Source of the DNA: Eledone cirrhosa
Lineage: Eukaryota
NCBI GenBank assembly: GCA_964016885.1
Contig: OZ024740.1
Coordinates: forward strand, 296,236,001 to 296,300,000
Direction: 5' to 3'
DNA: 64,000 nucleotides
Part shown: in pieces, positions 12,111-26,100 of the stretch
How positions within the stretch are numbered: position 1 is the first letter of the stretch
Layout: each line of letters begins with the position of its first letter
Translations under genes and position numbers: made by a program
Notes under the pieces: generated by a model
Told to the model about the DNA's origin: nothing
What the model saw: the letters and a program-made list of their open reading frames with translations, nothing else
Database searches by the model: none

Positions 12111-15100
12111 CAAATAAAAAATGAATCACCCAAATATAATATGGATCCCCCAAATAAAAAATGGATCCCCCAAATAAAAAATTGATCACCCAAATAAAAA
12201 ATGGATCCCCCAAATAAAAAAGGGATCCATTTTTTATATTGGTGATCCATTTTTTATTTGGGTGATCCATTCTTTATTTGGGGGATCAATTTTTTATTTG
12301 GGTGATCCATTTTTTATTTGGGAGATCCATCAAATAAAAAATGGATTCCCCAAATAAAAAATGGATCCCTCAAATAAAAAATGGATCACCCAAATAAAAA
12401 ATGGATCACCCAAATTAAAAATGGATACCCCTAATAAAAAATGGATCAACCAAATAAAAAATGGATCACCCAAATAAAAAATGGATCACCCAAATAAAAA
12501 ATGGATCCCCCAAATAAAAAATGGATCACCCAAATAAAAAATGGATCAGCCAAATAAAAAATGTATCCCCCAAATAAAAAATGGATCACCCAAATAAAAA
12601 ATGGATCACCTAAATAAAAAATGGATCACCCAAATGGAAAATGGATCACCCCCCAAAAAATGGACCGCCAAATAAAAAATGGATCCCCCAAATAAAAGAT
12701 GGATCACCCAAATAAAAAATGGATCCCCCAAATAAAAAATGGATCCCCCAAATAAAAAATGGATCACCCAAATAAAAAATGGATCACCCAAATATAAAAT
12801 GGATCCCCCAAATAAAAAATGGATCCCCCAAATAAAAAATGGATGCCCCAAATAAAAAATGGATCCACCAAATAAAAAATGGATCCCCCAAATAAAAAAT
12901 GGATCGCCCAAATAAAAAATGGATCCCCCAAATAAAAAATGGATCACCCAAATAAAAAATGGATCCCCCAAATAAAAAATGGATCACCCAAATAAAAAAT
13001 GGATCACCCAAATAAAAAATGGATCACCCAAATAAAAAATGGATCACCCAAATTAAAAATGGATACCCCAAATAAAAAATAGATCACCCAAATAAAAAAT
13101 CGATCACCCAAATAAAAAATGGATCCCCCAAATAAAAAATGGATCACCAAATAAAAAATGGATCACCCAAATAAAAAATGGATCACCCAAATAAAAAATT
13201 GATCCCCCAAATAAAAAATGGATCCCCCAAATAAAAAATGGATCACCCAAATAAAAAATGGATCCCCCAAATTAAAAATGGATCCACCAAATAAAAAATG
13301 GATCACCGAAATAAAAAATGGATCCGCTAAATAAAAAAGGGATCCATTTTTTATTTGGGTGAACAATTTTTATTTGGGTGATCCATTTTTTATTTGGGGG
13401 ATCCATTTTTTATTTGGGCGATCCATTTTTTATTTGGGGGATCCATTTTTTATTTGGGTGATCCATTTTTTATTTGGGTGATCCATTTTTTATTTGGGGG
13501 ATCCATTTTTTGTTTGGGCGATCCATTTTTTATTTGGGGGATCCATTTTTTATTTGGGCGATCCATTTTTATTTGGGTGATCCATTTTTTATTTGGGTGA
13601 TCCATTTTTTATTTGGGTGATCCATTTTTTATTTGGGGGATCCATTTTTTATTTGGGGGATCCATTTTTTATTTGGGGGATCCATTTTTTATTTGGGTGA
13701 TCCATTTTTTATTTGGGTGATCCATTTTTTATTTGGAGGATCTTTTTTTATTTGGGTGATCCATTTTTTATTTGGAGGATGCATTTTTTATTTGGGTGAT
13801 CCATTTTTTATTTGGGTGATCCATTTTTTATTTGGCGGATCCATTTTTTATTTGGGGGATCCATTTTTTATTTGGGAGATCCATCAAATAAAAAATGGAT
13901 CCCCCAAATAAAAAATGGATCCCTCAAATAAAAAATGGATCACCCAAATACAAAATGGATCACCCAAATGGAAAATGGATCACCCAAAAAAAAATGGACC
14001 CCCAAATAAAAAATGGATCCCCCAAATAAAAAATGGATCCACCAAATAAAAAATGGATCACCCAAATAAAAAATGGATCACCCAAATAAAAAATGGATCA
14101 CCCAAATAAAAAATAGATCCCCCCAAATAAAAAATGGATCACCCAAATAAAAAATGATCCTCCAAATAAAAAATGGATCCCCCAAATAAAAAATGGATCT
14201 CCCAAATAAAAAATGGATCCCCCAAATAAAAAATGGATCACCCAAATAAAAAATGGATCACCCAAATAAAAAATGGATCACCCAAATAAAAAATGGATCC
14301 CCCAAATAAAAAATGGATCAGCCAAATAAAAAATGGATCCCCCAAATAAAAAATGGATCATCCAAATAAAAAATGGATCATTCAAATAAAAAATGGATCA
14401 CCCAAATAAAAAATGGATCCCACAAATAAAAAATGGATCACCCAAATAAAAAATGGATCACCCAAATAAAAAATGGATCCTCCAAATAAAAAATGGATCA
14501 CCCAAATAAAAAATGGATCACCCAAATAAAAAATGAATCACCCAAATAAAAAATAGATCACCCAAATAAAAAATGGATCCCCCAAATAAAAAATGGATCA
14601 CCCAAATAAAAAATGGATCCCTTTTTTATTTGGCGGATCCATTTTTTATTTGGGGGATACATTATCTATTTGGGTGATCCATTTTTTATTTGGGGGATCC
14701 AGTTTTTATTTGGGTGATCCATTTTTTATTTGGGGGATCCATTTTTTATTTGGGTGATCCATTCTTTATATGGTGATCCGATTTTTATTTGGGGGATCCA
14801 TTTTTTATTTGATGGATCTCGCAAATAAAAAATGGATCACCCAAATAAAAAATGGATCCCCCAAATAAAAAATGGATCACCCAAATAAAAAATGGATCAC
14901 CCAAATAAAAAATGGATCCCCCAAATAAAGAATGGCTCACCCAAATAAAAAATGGATCACCCAAATAAAAAATGGATCCCCCAAATAAAAAATGGATCAC
15001 CCAAATAAAAAATGGATCAGCCAAATAAAAAATGGATCCCCCAAATAAAAAATGGATCCCCCAAATAAAAAATGGATCACCCAAATAAAAAATGGATCAC

Positions 15101-16139
15101 CCAAATAAAAAATGGATCACCCAAATCAAAAATGGATCCCCCAAACAAAAAATGGATCACCCAAATAAAAAATGGATCCCCCACATAAAAAATGGATCAC
15201 CCAAATAAAAAATGGATCACCCAAATAAAAAATGGATCACCCAAATAAAAAATGGATCCCCCAAATAAAAAATGGATCACCCAAATAAAAAAATGGATCA
15301 CCCAAATAAAAAATGGATCCCTTTTTTATTTGGGGGATCCATTTTTTATTTGAAGGATCCATTTTTTATTTGGGTGATCCATTTTTTATTTGGGTGATCC
15401 ATTTTTTATTTGGGTGATCCATTTTTTATTTGGGTGATCCATTTTTTATTTGGGGGATCCATTTTTTATGTGGGGGATCCATTTTTTATTTGGGTGATCC
15501 ATTTTTTATTTGGGTGATCCATTTTTTATTTGGGTGATCCATTTTTTATTTGTGGGATCCATTTTATATTTGGGGGATCCATTTTTTATTTGGGGATCCA
15601 TTTTTTATTTGGGTGATCCATTTTTTATTTGGGTGATCCATTTTTTATTTGAGGGATCCATTTTTTATTTGGGGGATCCATTTTTTATTTGATGGATCTC
15701 CCAAATAAAAAATGGATCATCCAAATATAAAATGGATCCCCCAAATAAAAAATGGATCACCCAAATAAAAAATGGAACACCCAAATAAAAAATGGATCCC
15801 CCAAATAAAAAATGGATCCCCCAAATAAAAAATGGATCCCCAAAATAAAAAATGGATCACCCAAATAAAAAATGGAGCCCCCAAATAAAAAATGGATCAA
15901 CCAAATTAAAACTGGTTCCCCCAAATAAAAAATGGATCACCCAAGTAAAAAATGGATCCCCCAAATAAAAAATGGATCCCCCAAATAAAAAATGGATCCC
16001 CCAAATAAAAAATGGATCACCCAAATAAAAAATGGATCCCCAAATAAAAAATGGATCCCCAAATAAAAAATGGATCCTCCAAATAAAAAATGGATCACCC
16101 AAATAAAAAATGGATCACCCAAATAAAAAATGGATCACC

Positions 16140-19100
16140 CAAATAAAAAATGGATCACCCAAATAAAAAATGGATCACCCCAATAAAAAATGGATCCCCC
16201 AAATAAAAAATGGATCACCCAAATAGATCACAAATAGATAATGGTTCCCCCAAATAAAAAATGGATCCGCCAAATAAAAAAGGGATCCATTTTTTATTTG
16301 GGGGATCCATTTTTTATTTGGGTGATCCATTTTTTATTTGGGTGATCCATTTTTTATTTGGGGGATCCATTTTTTATTTGGGTGATCCATTTTTTATTTG
16401 GGGGATCCATTTTTTATTTGGGGGATCCATTTTTTATTTGGGTGATCCATTTTTTATTTGGGTGATCCATTTTTTATTTGGGTGATCCATTTTTTATTTG
16501 GGTGATCCATTTTTTATTTGTGGGATCCTTTTTTTATTTGGGTGATCCATTTTTTATTTGGGTGATCCATTTTTTATTTGAGTGATCCATTTTTTATTTG
16601 GGGGATCCATTTTTTATTTGGGTGATCCATTTTTTATTTGGGGTATCCATTTTTTATTTGGTGGATCCATTTTTTATTTGGGTGATCCATTTTTTATTTG
16701 GGTGATCCATTTTTTATTTGAGTGATCCATTCTTTATTTGAGGGATCCATTTTTTATTTGGGGGATCCATTTTTTATTTGATGGATCACCCAAATAAAAA
16801 ATGGATCCCCCAAATAAAAAGTGGATCACCCAAATAAAAAATGGATCCCCCAAATAAAAAATGGATCATCAAATAAAAAATGAATCACCCAAATAAAAAA
16901 TGGATCACCCAAATAAAAAATGGATCACCCAAATAAAAAATGGATCACCCAAATAAAAAATGGATACCCCTAATAAAAAATGGATCAACCAAATAAAAAA
17001 TGGATCACCCAAATAAAAAATGGATCCCCCAAATAAAAATTGGATCACCCAAATAAAAAATGGATCACCCAAATAAAAAATGGATCACCCAAATAAAAAA
17101 TGGATCCCCCAAATAAAAAATGGATCACCCAAATAAAAAATGGATCACCCAAATAAAAAATGGATCACCCAAATAAAAAGTGGATCACCCAAATAAAAAA
17201 TGGATCGCCCAAATAAAAAATGGATCCCCAAATAATAAATGGATCACCCAAATAAAAAATGGATCCCCCAAATAAAAAATGGATCCCCCAAATAAAAAAT
17301 GGATCACCCAAATAACAAATGGATCACCCAAATAAAAAATGGATCCCCCAAATAAAAAATGGATCACCCAAATAAAAAATGGATCACCCAAATAAAAAAT
17401 GGATCACCCAAATAAAAAATGGATCACCCAAATAAAAAATGGATCGCCTAAATAAAAAATGGATCCCTCAAATAAAGAATAGATCACTCAAATAAAAAAT
17501 GGATCACCCAAATAAAAAATGGATCCCCCAAATAAAAAATGGATCACCCAAATAAAAAATGGATCACCCCAATAAAAAATGGATCCCCCAAATAAAAAAT
17601 GGATCACCCAAATAGATCACAAATAGATAATGGTTCCCCCAAATAAAAAATGGATCCGCCAAATAAAAAAGGGATCCATTTTTTATTTGGGGGATCCATT
17701 TTTTATTTGGGTGATCCATTTTTTATTTGGGGGATCCATTTTTTATTTGGGTGATCCATTTTTTATTTGGGGGATCCATTTTTTATTTGGGGGATCCATT
17801 TTTTATTTGGGTGATCCATTTTTTATTTGGGGGATCCATTTTTTATTTGGGTGATCCATTTTTTATTTGGGTGATCCATTTTTTATTTGGGTGATCCAAT
17901 TTTTATTTGGGTGATCCATTTTTTATTTGGGTGATCCATTTTTTATTTGTGGGATCCTTTTTTTATTTGGGTGATCCATTTTTTATTTGGGTGATCCATT
18001 TTTTATTTGAGTGATCCATTTTTTATTTGGGGGATCCATTTTTTATTTGGGTGATCCATTTTTATTTGGGGTATCCATTTTTTATTTGGTGGATCCATTT
18101 TTTATTTGGGTGATCCATTTTTTATTTGGGTGATCCATTTTTTATTTGAGTGATCCATTCTTTATTTGAGGGATCCATTTTTTATTTGGGGGATCCATTT
18201 TTTATTTGATGGATCACCCAAATAAAAAATGGATCCCCCAAATAAAAAGTGGATCACCCAAATAAAAAATGGATCCCCCAAATAAAAAATGGATCATCAA
18301 ATAAAAAATGAATCACCCAAATAAAAAATGGATCACCCAAATAAAAAATGGATCACCCAAATAAAAAATGGATACCCCTAATAAAAAATGGATCAACCAA
18401 ATAAAAAATGGATCACCCAAATAAAAAATGGATCCCCCAAATAAAAATTGGATCACCCAAATAAAAAATGGATCACCCAAATAAAAAATGGATCACCCAA
18501 ATAAAAAATGGATCCCCCAAATAAAAAATGGATCACCCAAATAAAAAATGGATCACCCAAATAAAAAATGGATCACCCAAATAAAAAGTGGATCACCCAA
18601 ATAAAAAATGGATCGCCCCAATAAAAAATGGATCCCCAAATAATAAATGGATCACCCAAATAAAAAATGGATCCCCCAAATAAAAAATGGATCCCCCAAA
18701 TAAAAAATGGATCACCCAAATAACAAATGGATCACCCAAATAAAAAATGGATCCCCCAAATAAAAAATGGATCACCCAAATAAAAAAATGGATCCACCAA
18801 ATAAAAAATGGATCGCCCAAATAAAAAATGGATCCAAAAAATTAAAAATGGATCACCCAAATAAAAAATGGATCACCCAAATAAATAATGGATCCCCCAA
18901 ATAAAAAATAGATCACCCAAATAAAAAATGGATACCCCAAATAAAAAATGGATCCCCCAAATAAAAAATGGATTACCCAAATAAAAAATGGATCACCCAA
19001 ATAAAAAATGGATCACCCAAATAAAAAATGGATCCCCCAAATAAAAAATGGATCACCCAAATAAAAAATGGATCACACAAATAAAAAATGGATCCCCCAA

Positions 19101-22100
19101 ATAAAAAATGGATCACCCAAATAAAAAAAGGATCCATTTTTTATTTGGGGGATCCATTTTTTATTTGGGTGATCCATTTTTTATTTGGGTGATCCATTTT
19201 TTATTTGGGGGATCCATTTTTTATTTGGGTGATCCATTTTTTATTTGTGGGATCCATTTTTTATTTGGGTGATCCATTTTTTATTTTGGGGATCCATTTT
19301 TTATTTGGTGGTTCCATTTTTTATTTGGGGGATCCATCAAATAAAAAATGGATCAGCCAAATAAAAAATGGATCACCCAAATAAAAAATGGATCCCCCAA
19401 ATAAAAAATGGATCACCCAAATAAAAAATGGACCACAAATAAAAAATGGATCCCCCAAATAAAAAATGGATCACCCAAATAAAAAATGGATCCCCCAAAT
19501 AAAAAATGGATCACCCAAATAAAAAATGGATCACCCAAATAAAAAATGGATCCCCCAAATAAGAATGGATCACTCAAATAAAAAAGGATCTATTTTTTAT
19601 TTGGGGGATCCATTTTTTATTTGGGTGATTCATTTTTTATTTGGGCGATCCATTTTTTATTTGGGTGATCCATTTTTTATTTGGGTGATCCATTTTTTAT
19701 TTGGGGGATCCTTTTTTTATTTGGGTGATCCATTTTTTATTTGGGTGATCCATTTTTTATTTGAGTGATCCATTTTTTATTTGGGGGATCCATTTTTTAT
19801 TTGGGTGATCCATTTTTTATTTGGGGTATCCATTTTTTATTTGGTGGACCCATTTTTTATTTGGGTGATCCATTTTTTATTTGGGTGATCCATTTTTTAT
19901 TTGAGTGATCCATTCTTTATTTGAGGGATCTATTTTTTATTTGGGGGATCCATTTTTTATTTGATGGATCACCCAAATAAAAAATGGATCCCCCAAATAA
20001 AAAGTGGATCACCCAAATAAAAAATGGATCCCCCAAATAAAAAATGGATCATCAAATAAAAAATGAATCACCCAAATAAAAAATGGATCACCCAAATAAA
20101 AAATCGATCACCCAAATAAAAAATGGATCACCCAAATAAAAAATGGATACCCCTAATAAAAAATGGATCAACCAAATAAAAAATGGATCACCCAAATAAA
20201 AAATGGATCCCCCAAATAAAAATTGGATCACCCAAATAAAAAATGGATCACCCAAATAAAAAATGGATCACCCAAATAAAAAATGGATCCCCCAAATAAA
20301 AAATGGATCACCCAAATAAAAAATGGATCACCCAAATAAAAAATGGATCACCCAAATAAAAAGTGGATCACCCAAATAAAAAATGGATCGCCCAAATAAA
20401 AAATGGATCCCCAAATAATAAATGGATCACCCAAATAAAAAATGGATCCCCCAAATAAAAAATGGATCCCCCAAATAAAAAATGGATCACCCAAATAACA
20501 AATGGATCACCCAAATAAAAAATGGATCCCCCAAATAAAAAATGGATCACCCAAATAAAAAATGGATCACCCAAATAAAAAATTGATCACCCAAATAAAA
20601 AATGGATCGCCCAAATAAAAAATGGATCCCTCAAATAAAGAATAGATCACTCAAATAAAAAATGGATCACCCAAATAAAAAATGGATCCCCCAAATAAAA
20701 AATGGATCACCCAAATAAAAAATGGATCACCCCAATAAAAAATGGATCCCCCAAATAAAAAATGGATCACCCAAATAGATCACAAATAGATAATGGTTCC
20801 CCCAAATAAAAAATGGATCCGCCAAATAAAAAAGGGATCCATTTTTTATTTGGGGGATCCATTTTTTATTTGGGTGATCCATTTTTTATTTGGGTGATCC
20901 ATTTTTTATTTGGGGGATCCATTTTTTATTTGGGTGATCCATTTTTTATTTGGGGGATCCATTTTTTATTTGGGGGATCCATTTTTTATTTGGGTGATCC
21001 ATTTTTTATTTGGGTGATCCATTTTTTATTTGGGTGATCCATTTTTTATTTGGGTGATCCATTTTTTATTTGTGGGATCCTTTTTTTATTTGGGTGATCC
21101 ATTTTTTATTTGGGTGATCCATTTTTTATTTGAGTGATCCATTTTTTATTTGGGGGATCCATTTTTTATTTGGGTGATCCATTTTTTATTTGGGGTATCC
21201 ATTTTTTATTTGGTGGATCCATTTTTTATTTGGGTGATCCATTTTTTATTTGGGTGATCCATTTTTTATTTGAGTGATCCATTCTTTATTTGAGGGATCC
21301 ATTTTTTATTTGGGGGATCCATTTTTTATTTGATGGATCACCCAAATAAAAAATGGATCCCCCAAATAAAAAGTGGATCACCCAAATAAAAAATGGATCC
21401 CCCAAATAAAAAATGGATCATCAAATAAAAAATGAATCACCCAAATAAAAAATGGATCACCCAAATAAAAAATGGATCACCCAAATAAAAAATGGATCAC
21501 CCAAATAAAAAATGGATACCCCTAATAAAAAATGGATCAACCAAATAAAAAATGGATCACCCAAATAAAAAATGGATCCCCCAAATAAAAATTGGATCAC
21601 CCAAATAAAAAATGGATCACCCAAATAAAAAATGGATCACCCAAATAAAAAATGGATCCCCCAAATAAAAAATGGATCACCCAAATAAAAAATGGATCAC
21701 CCAAATAAAAAATGGATCACCCAAATAAAAAGTGGATCACCCAAATAAAAAATGGATCGCCCAAATAAAAAATGGATCCCCAAATAATAAATGGATCACC
21801 CAAATAAAAAATGGATCCCCCAAATAAAAAATGGATCCCCCAAATAAAAAATGGATCACCCAAATAACAAATGGATCACCCAAATAAAAAATGGATCCCC
21901 CAAATAAAAAATGGATCACCCAAATAAAAAATGGATCACCCCAATAAAAAATGGATCCCCCAAATAAAAAATGGATCACCCAAATAGATCACAAATAGAT
22001 AATGGTTCCCCCAAATAAAAAATGGATCCGCCAAATAAAAAAGGGATCCATTTTTTATTTGGGGGATCCATTTTTTATTTGGGTGATCCATTTTTTATTT

Positions 22101-23140
22101 GGGTGATCCATTTTTTATTTGGGGGATCCATTTTTTATTTGGGTGATCCATTTTTTATTTGGGGGATCCATTTTTTATTTGGGGGATCCATTTTTTATTT
22201 GGGTGATCCATTTTTTATTTGGGTGATCCATTTTTTATTTGGGTGATCCATTTTTTATTTGGGTGATCCATTTTTTATTTGTGGGATCCTTTTTTTATTT
22301 GGGTGATCCATTTTTTATTTGGGTGATCCATTTTTTATTTGAGTGATCCATTTTTTATTTGGGGGATCCATTTTTTATTTGGGTGATCCATTTTTATTTG
22401 GGGTATCCATTTTTTATTTGGTGGATCCATTTTTTATTTGGGTGATCCATTTTTTATTTGGGTGATCCATTTTTTATTTGAGTGATCCATTCTTTATTTG
22501 AGGGATCCATTTTTTATTTGGGGGATCCATTTTTTATTTGATGGATCACCCAAATAAAAAATGGATCCCCCAAATAAAAAGTGGATCACCCAAATAAAAA
22601 ATGGATCCCCCAAATAAAAAATGGATCATCAAATAAAAAATGAATCACCCAAATAAAAAATGGATCACCCAAATAAAAAATGGATCACCCAAATAAAAAA
22701 TGGATACCCCTAATAAAAAATGGATCAACCAAATAAAAAATGGATCACCCAAATAAAAAATGGATCCCCCAAATAAAAATTGGATCACCCAAATAAAAAA
22801 TGGATCACCCAAATAAAAAATGGATCACCCAAATAAAAAATGGATCCCCCAAATAAAAAATGGATCACCCAAATAAAAAATGGATCACCCAAATAAAAAA
22901 TGGATCACCCAAATAAAAAGTGGATCACCCAAATAAAAAATGGATCGCCCCAATAAAAAATGGATCCCCAAATAATAAATGGATCACCCAAATAAAAAAT
23001 GGATCCCCCAAATAAAAAATGGATCCCCCAAATAAAAAATGGATCACCCAAATAACAAATGGATCACCCAAATAAAAAATGGATCCCCCAAATAAAAAAT
23101 GGATCACCCAAATAAAAAATGGATCACCCAAATAAAAAAT
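16140..23140. repeat. Cluster of about five further copies of the ~1.37-kb module, interrupted at ~18,780-19,700
   Basis: Marker AAATAGATCACAAATAGATAATGGTTCC at ~16221, 17611, 20773, 21982. Matching pseudo-ORF ends at 17185, 18593, 20368, 21737, 22925. Confidence 0.88.
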
Positions 23141-26100
23141 TTGGGTGATCCATTTTTTATTTGGGTGATCCATTTTTTATTTGGGGGATCCATTTTTTAT
23201 TTGGGTGATCCATTTTTTATTTGGGGGATCCATTTTTTATTTGGGTGATCCATTTTTTATTTGGGTGATCCATTTTTTAATTGCGGGATCCATTTTTTAT
23301 TTGGGTGATCCATTTTTTATTTGAGTGATCCATTCTTTATTTGAGGGATCCATTTTTTATTTGGGGGATCCATTTTTTATTTGATGGATCACCCAAATAA
23401 AAAATGGATCAACCAAATAAAAAATTGTTCACCCAAATAAAAAATGGATCCCTTTTTTATTTAGCGGATCCATTTTTTTATTTCGGTGATCCATTTTTTA
23501 TTTGGTGGATCCATTTTTAATTTGGGGGATCCATTTTTTATTTGGGTGATCCATTTTTTATTTGGGGGATCCATTTTTTATTTGGGGGATCAATTTTTTA
23601 TTTGGGTGATCCATTTTTCATTTGGGTGATCCATTTTTTATTTGGTGATCCATTTTTTATTTGGGGGATCCATTTTTTATTTGGGTGATCGATTTTTTAT
23701 TTGGGTGATCTATTTTTTATTTGGGGTATCCATTTTTAATTTGGGTGATCAATTTTTTATTTGGGTGATCCATTTTTTATTTGGGTGATCCATTTTTTAT
23801 TTGGATGATCCATTTTTTATTTGGGGGATCCATTTTTTATTTGGGTGATCCATTTTTTATTTGGGGGATCCATTTTTTATTTGGGCGATCCATTTTTTAT
23901 TTGGGGGATCCATTTTTTATTTGGTGGATCCATTTTTTATTTGGGTGATGTAAAATAAAATAAAATAAAAAATGGATCCCCCAAATAAAAAATGGATCCC
24001 TCAAATAAAAAATGGATCACCCAAATAAAAAATGGATCACCCAAATAAAAAATGGATCCCCCAAATACAAAATGGATCACCAAATAAAAAATGGATCACC
24101 CAAATAAAAAATGGATCCCCCAAATAAAAAATGGATCACCCAAATAAAAAATGGATCTCCCAAATACAAAATGGATCACCAAATATAAAATGGATCACCC
24201 AAATAAAAAATGGATCCTCCAAATAAAAAATGGATCACCCAAATAAAAAATGGATCACCCAAATAAAAAATGGATCGCCCAAATAAAAAATGGATCCAAA
24301 AAATAAAAATGGATCACCCAAACAAAAAATGGATCACCCAAATAAACACTGGATCCCCCAAATAAAAAATGGATTACCCAAATAAAAAATGGATCCCCCA
24401 AATAAAAAAGGGATCCATTTTTTATTTGGGTGATCCATTTTTTATTTGGGTGATCCATTTTTTATTTGGGCGATCCATTTTTTATTTGGGGGATACATTT
24501 TTTATTTGGGTGATCCATTTTTTATTTGGGTGATTCATTTTTTATTTGGGTGATCCATTTTTAATTTTTGGGATCCATTTTTTATTTGGTGGATCCATTT
24601 TTTATTTGGGTGATCCATTTTTTATTTGGGTGATCCATTTTTTATTTGATGGATCCCCAAATAGAAAATGGAACCCCCAAATAAAAAATGGATCCCCCAA
24701 ATAAAAAATGGATCACCCAAATAAAAAATGGATCCCCCAAATAAAAAATGGATCCCCCAAATAAAAAATGAATCCCTGAAATAAAAAATGGATCCCCCAA
24801 ATAAAAAAGGGATGCATTTTTTATTTGGGTGATCCATTTTTTATTTGGGGGGATCCGTTTTTTATTTGGGCGATCCATTTTTTATTTGGGTGATCCATTT
24901 TTTATTTGAGGGATCCATTTTTTATTTGGGGGATCCATTTTTTATTTGATGGATCTCCCAAATAAAAAATGGATCATCCAAATAAAAAATGGATCCCCCA
25001 AATAAAAAATGGATCACCCAAATAAAAAATGGAACACCCAAATAAAAAATGGATCCCCCAAATAAAAAATGGATCCCCCAAATAAAAAATGGATCCCCAA
25101 AATAAAAAATGGATCACCCAAATAAAAAATGGAGCCCCCAAATAAAAAATGGATCACCCAAATTAAAACTGGTTCCCCCAAATAAAAAATGGATCACCCA
25201 AGTAAAAAATGGATCCCCCAAATAAAAAATGGATCCCCCAAATAAAAAATGGATCCCCCAAATAAAAAATGGATCACCCAAATAAAAAATGGATCCCCAA
25301 ATAAAAAATGGATCCCCAAATAAAAAATGGATCCTCCAAATAAAAAATGGATCACCCAAATAAAAAATGGATCACCCAAATAAAAAATGGATCACCCAAA
25401 TAAAAAATGGATCGCCCAAATAAAAAATGGATCCCCAAATAAAAAATGGATCACCCAAATAAAAAATGGATCCCCCAAATAAAAAATGGATCCCCCAAAT
25501 AAAAAATGGATCACCCAAATAAAAAATGGACCCCCAAATAAAAAATGGATCACCCAAATAACAAAAATGGAACACCCAAATAAAAAATGGATCCCCCAAA
25601 TAAAAAATGGATCACCCAAATAAAAAATGGATCACCCAAATAAAAAATGGATCCTCCAAATAAAAAATGGATCACCCAAATAAAAAATGGATCCCCCAAA
25701 TAAAAAATGGATCCCCCAAATAAAAAATGTATCACCCAAATAAAAACTGGATCACCCAAATAAAAACTGGATCAGCCAAATAAAAAATGGATCGCCCAAA
25801 TAAAAAATGGATCCCCCAAATAAAAAATGGATCACCCAAATGAAAAATGAATCACCCAAATAAAAAATGGATCCCTCAAATAAAGAATGGATCACTCAAA
25901 TAAAAAATGGATCACCCAAATAAAAAATGGATCCCCCAAATAAAAAATGGATCACCCAAATAAAAAATGGATCACCCAAATAAAAAATGGATCCCCCAAA
26001 TAAAAAATGGATCACCCAAATAAAAAATGGATCCCCCAAATAAAAAAGGATCACCCAAATAAAAAATGGATCATTCAAATAAAAAATGGATCACCCAAAT

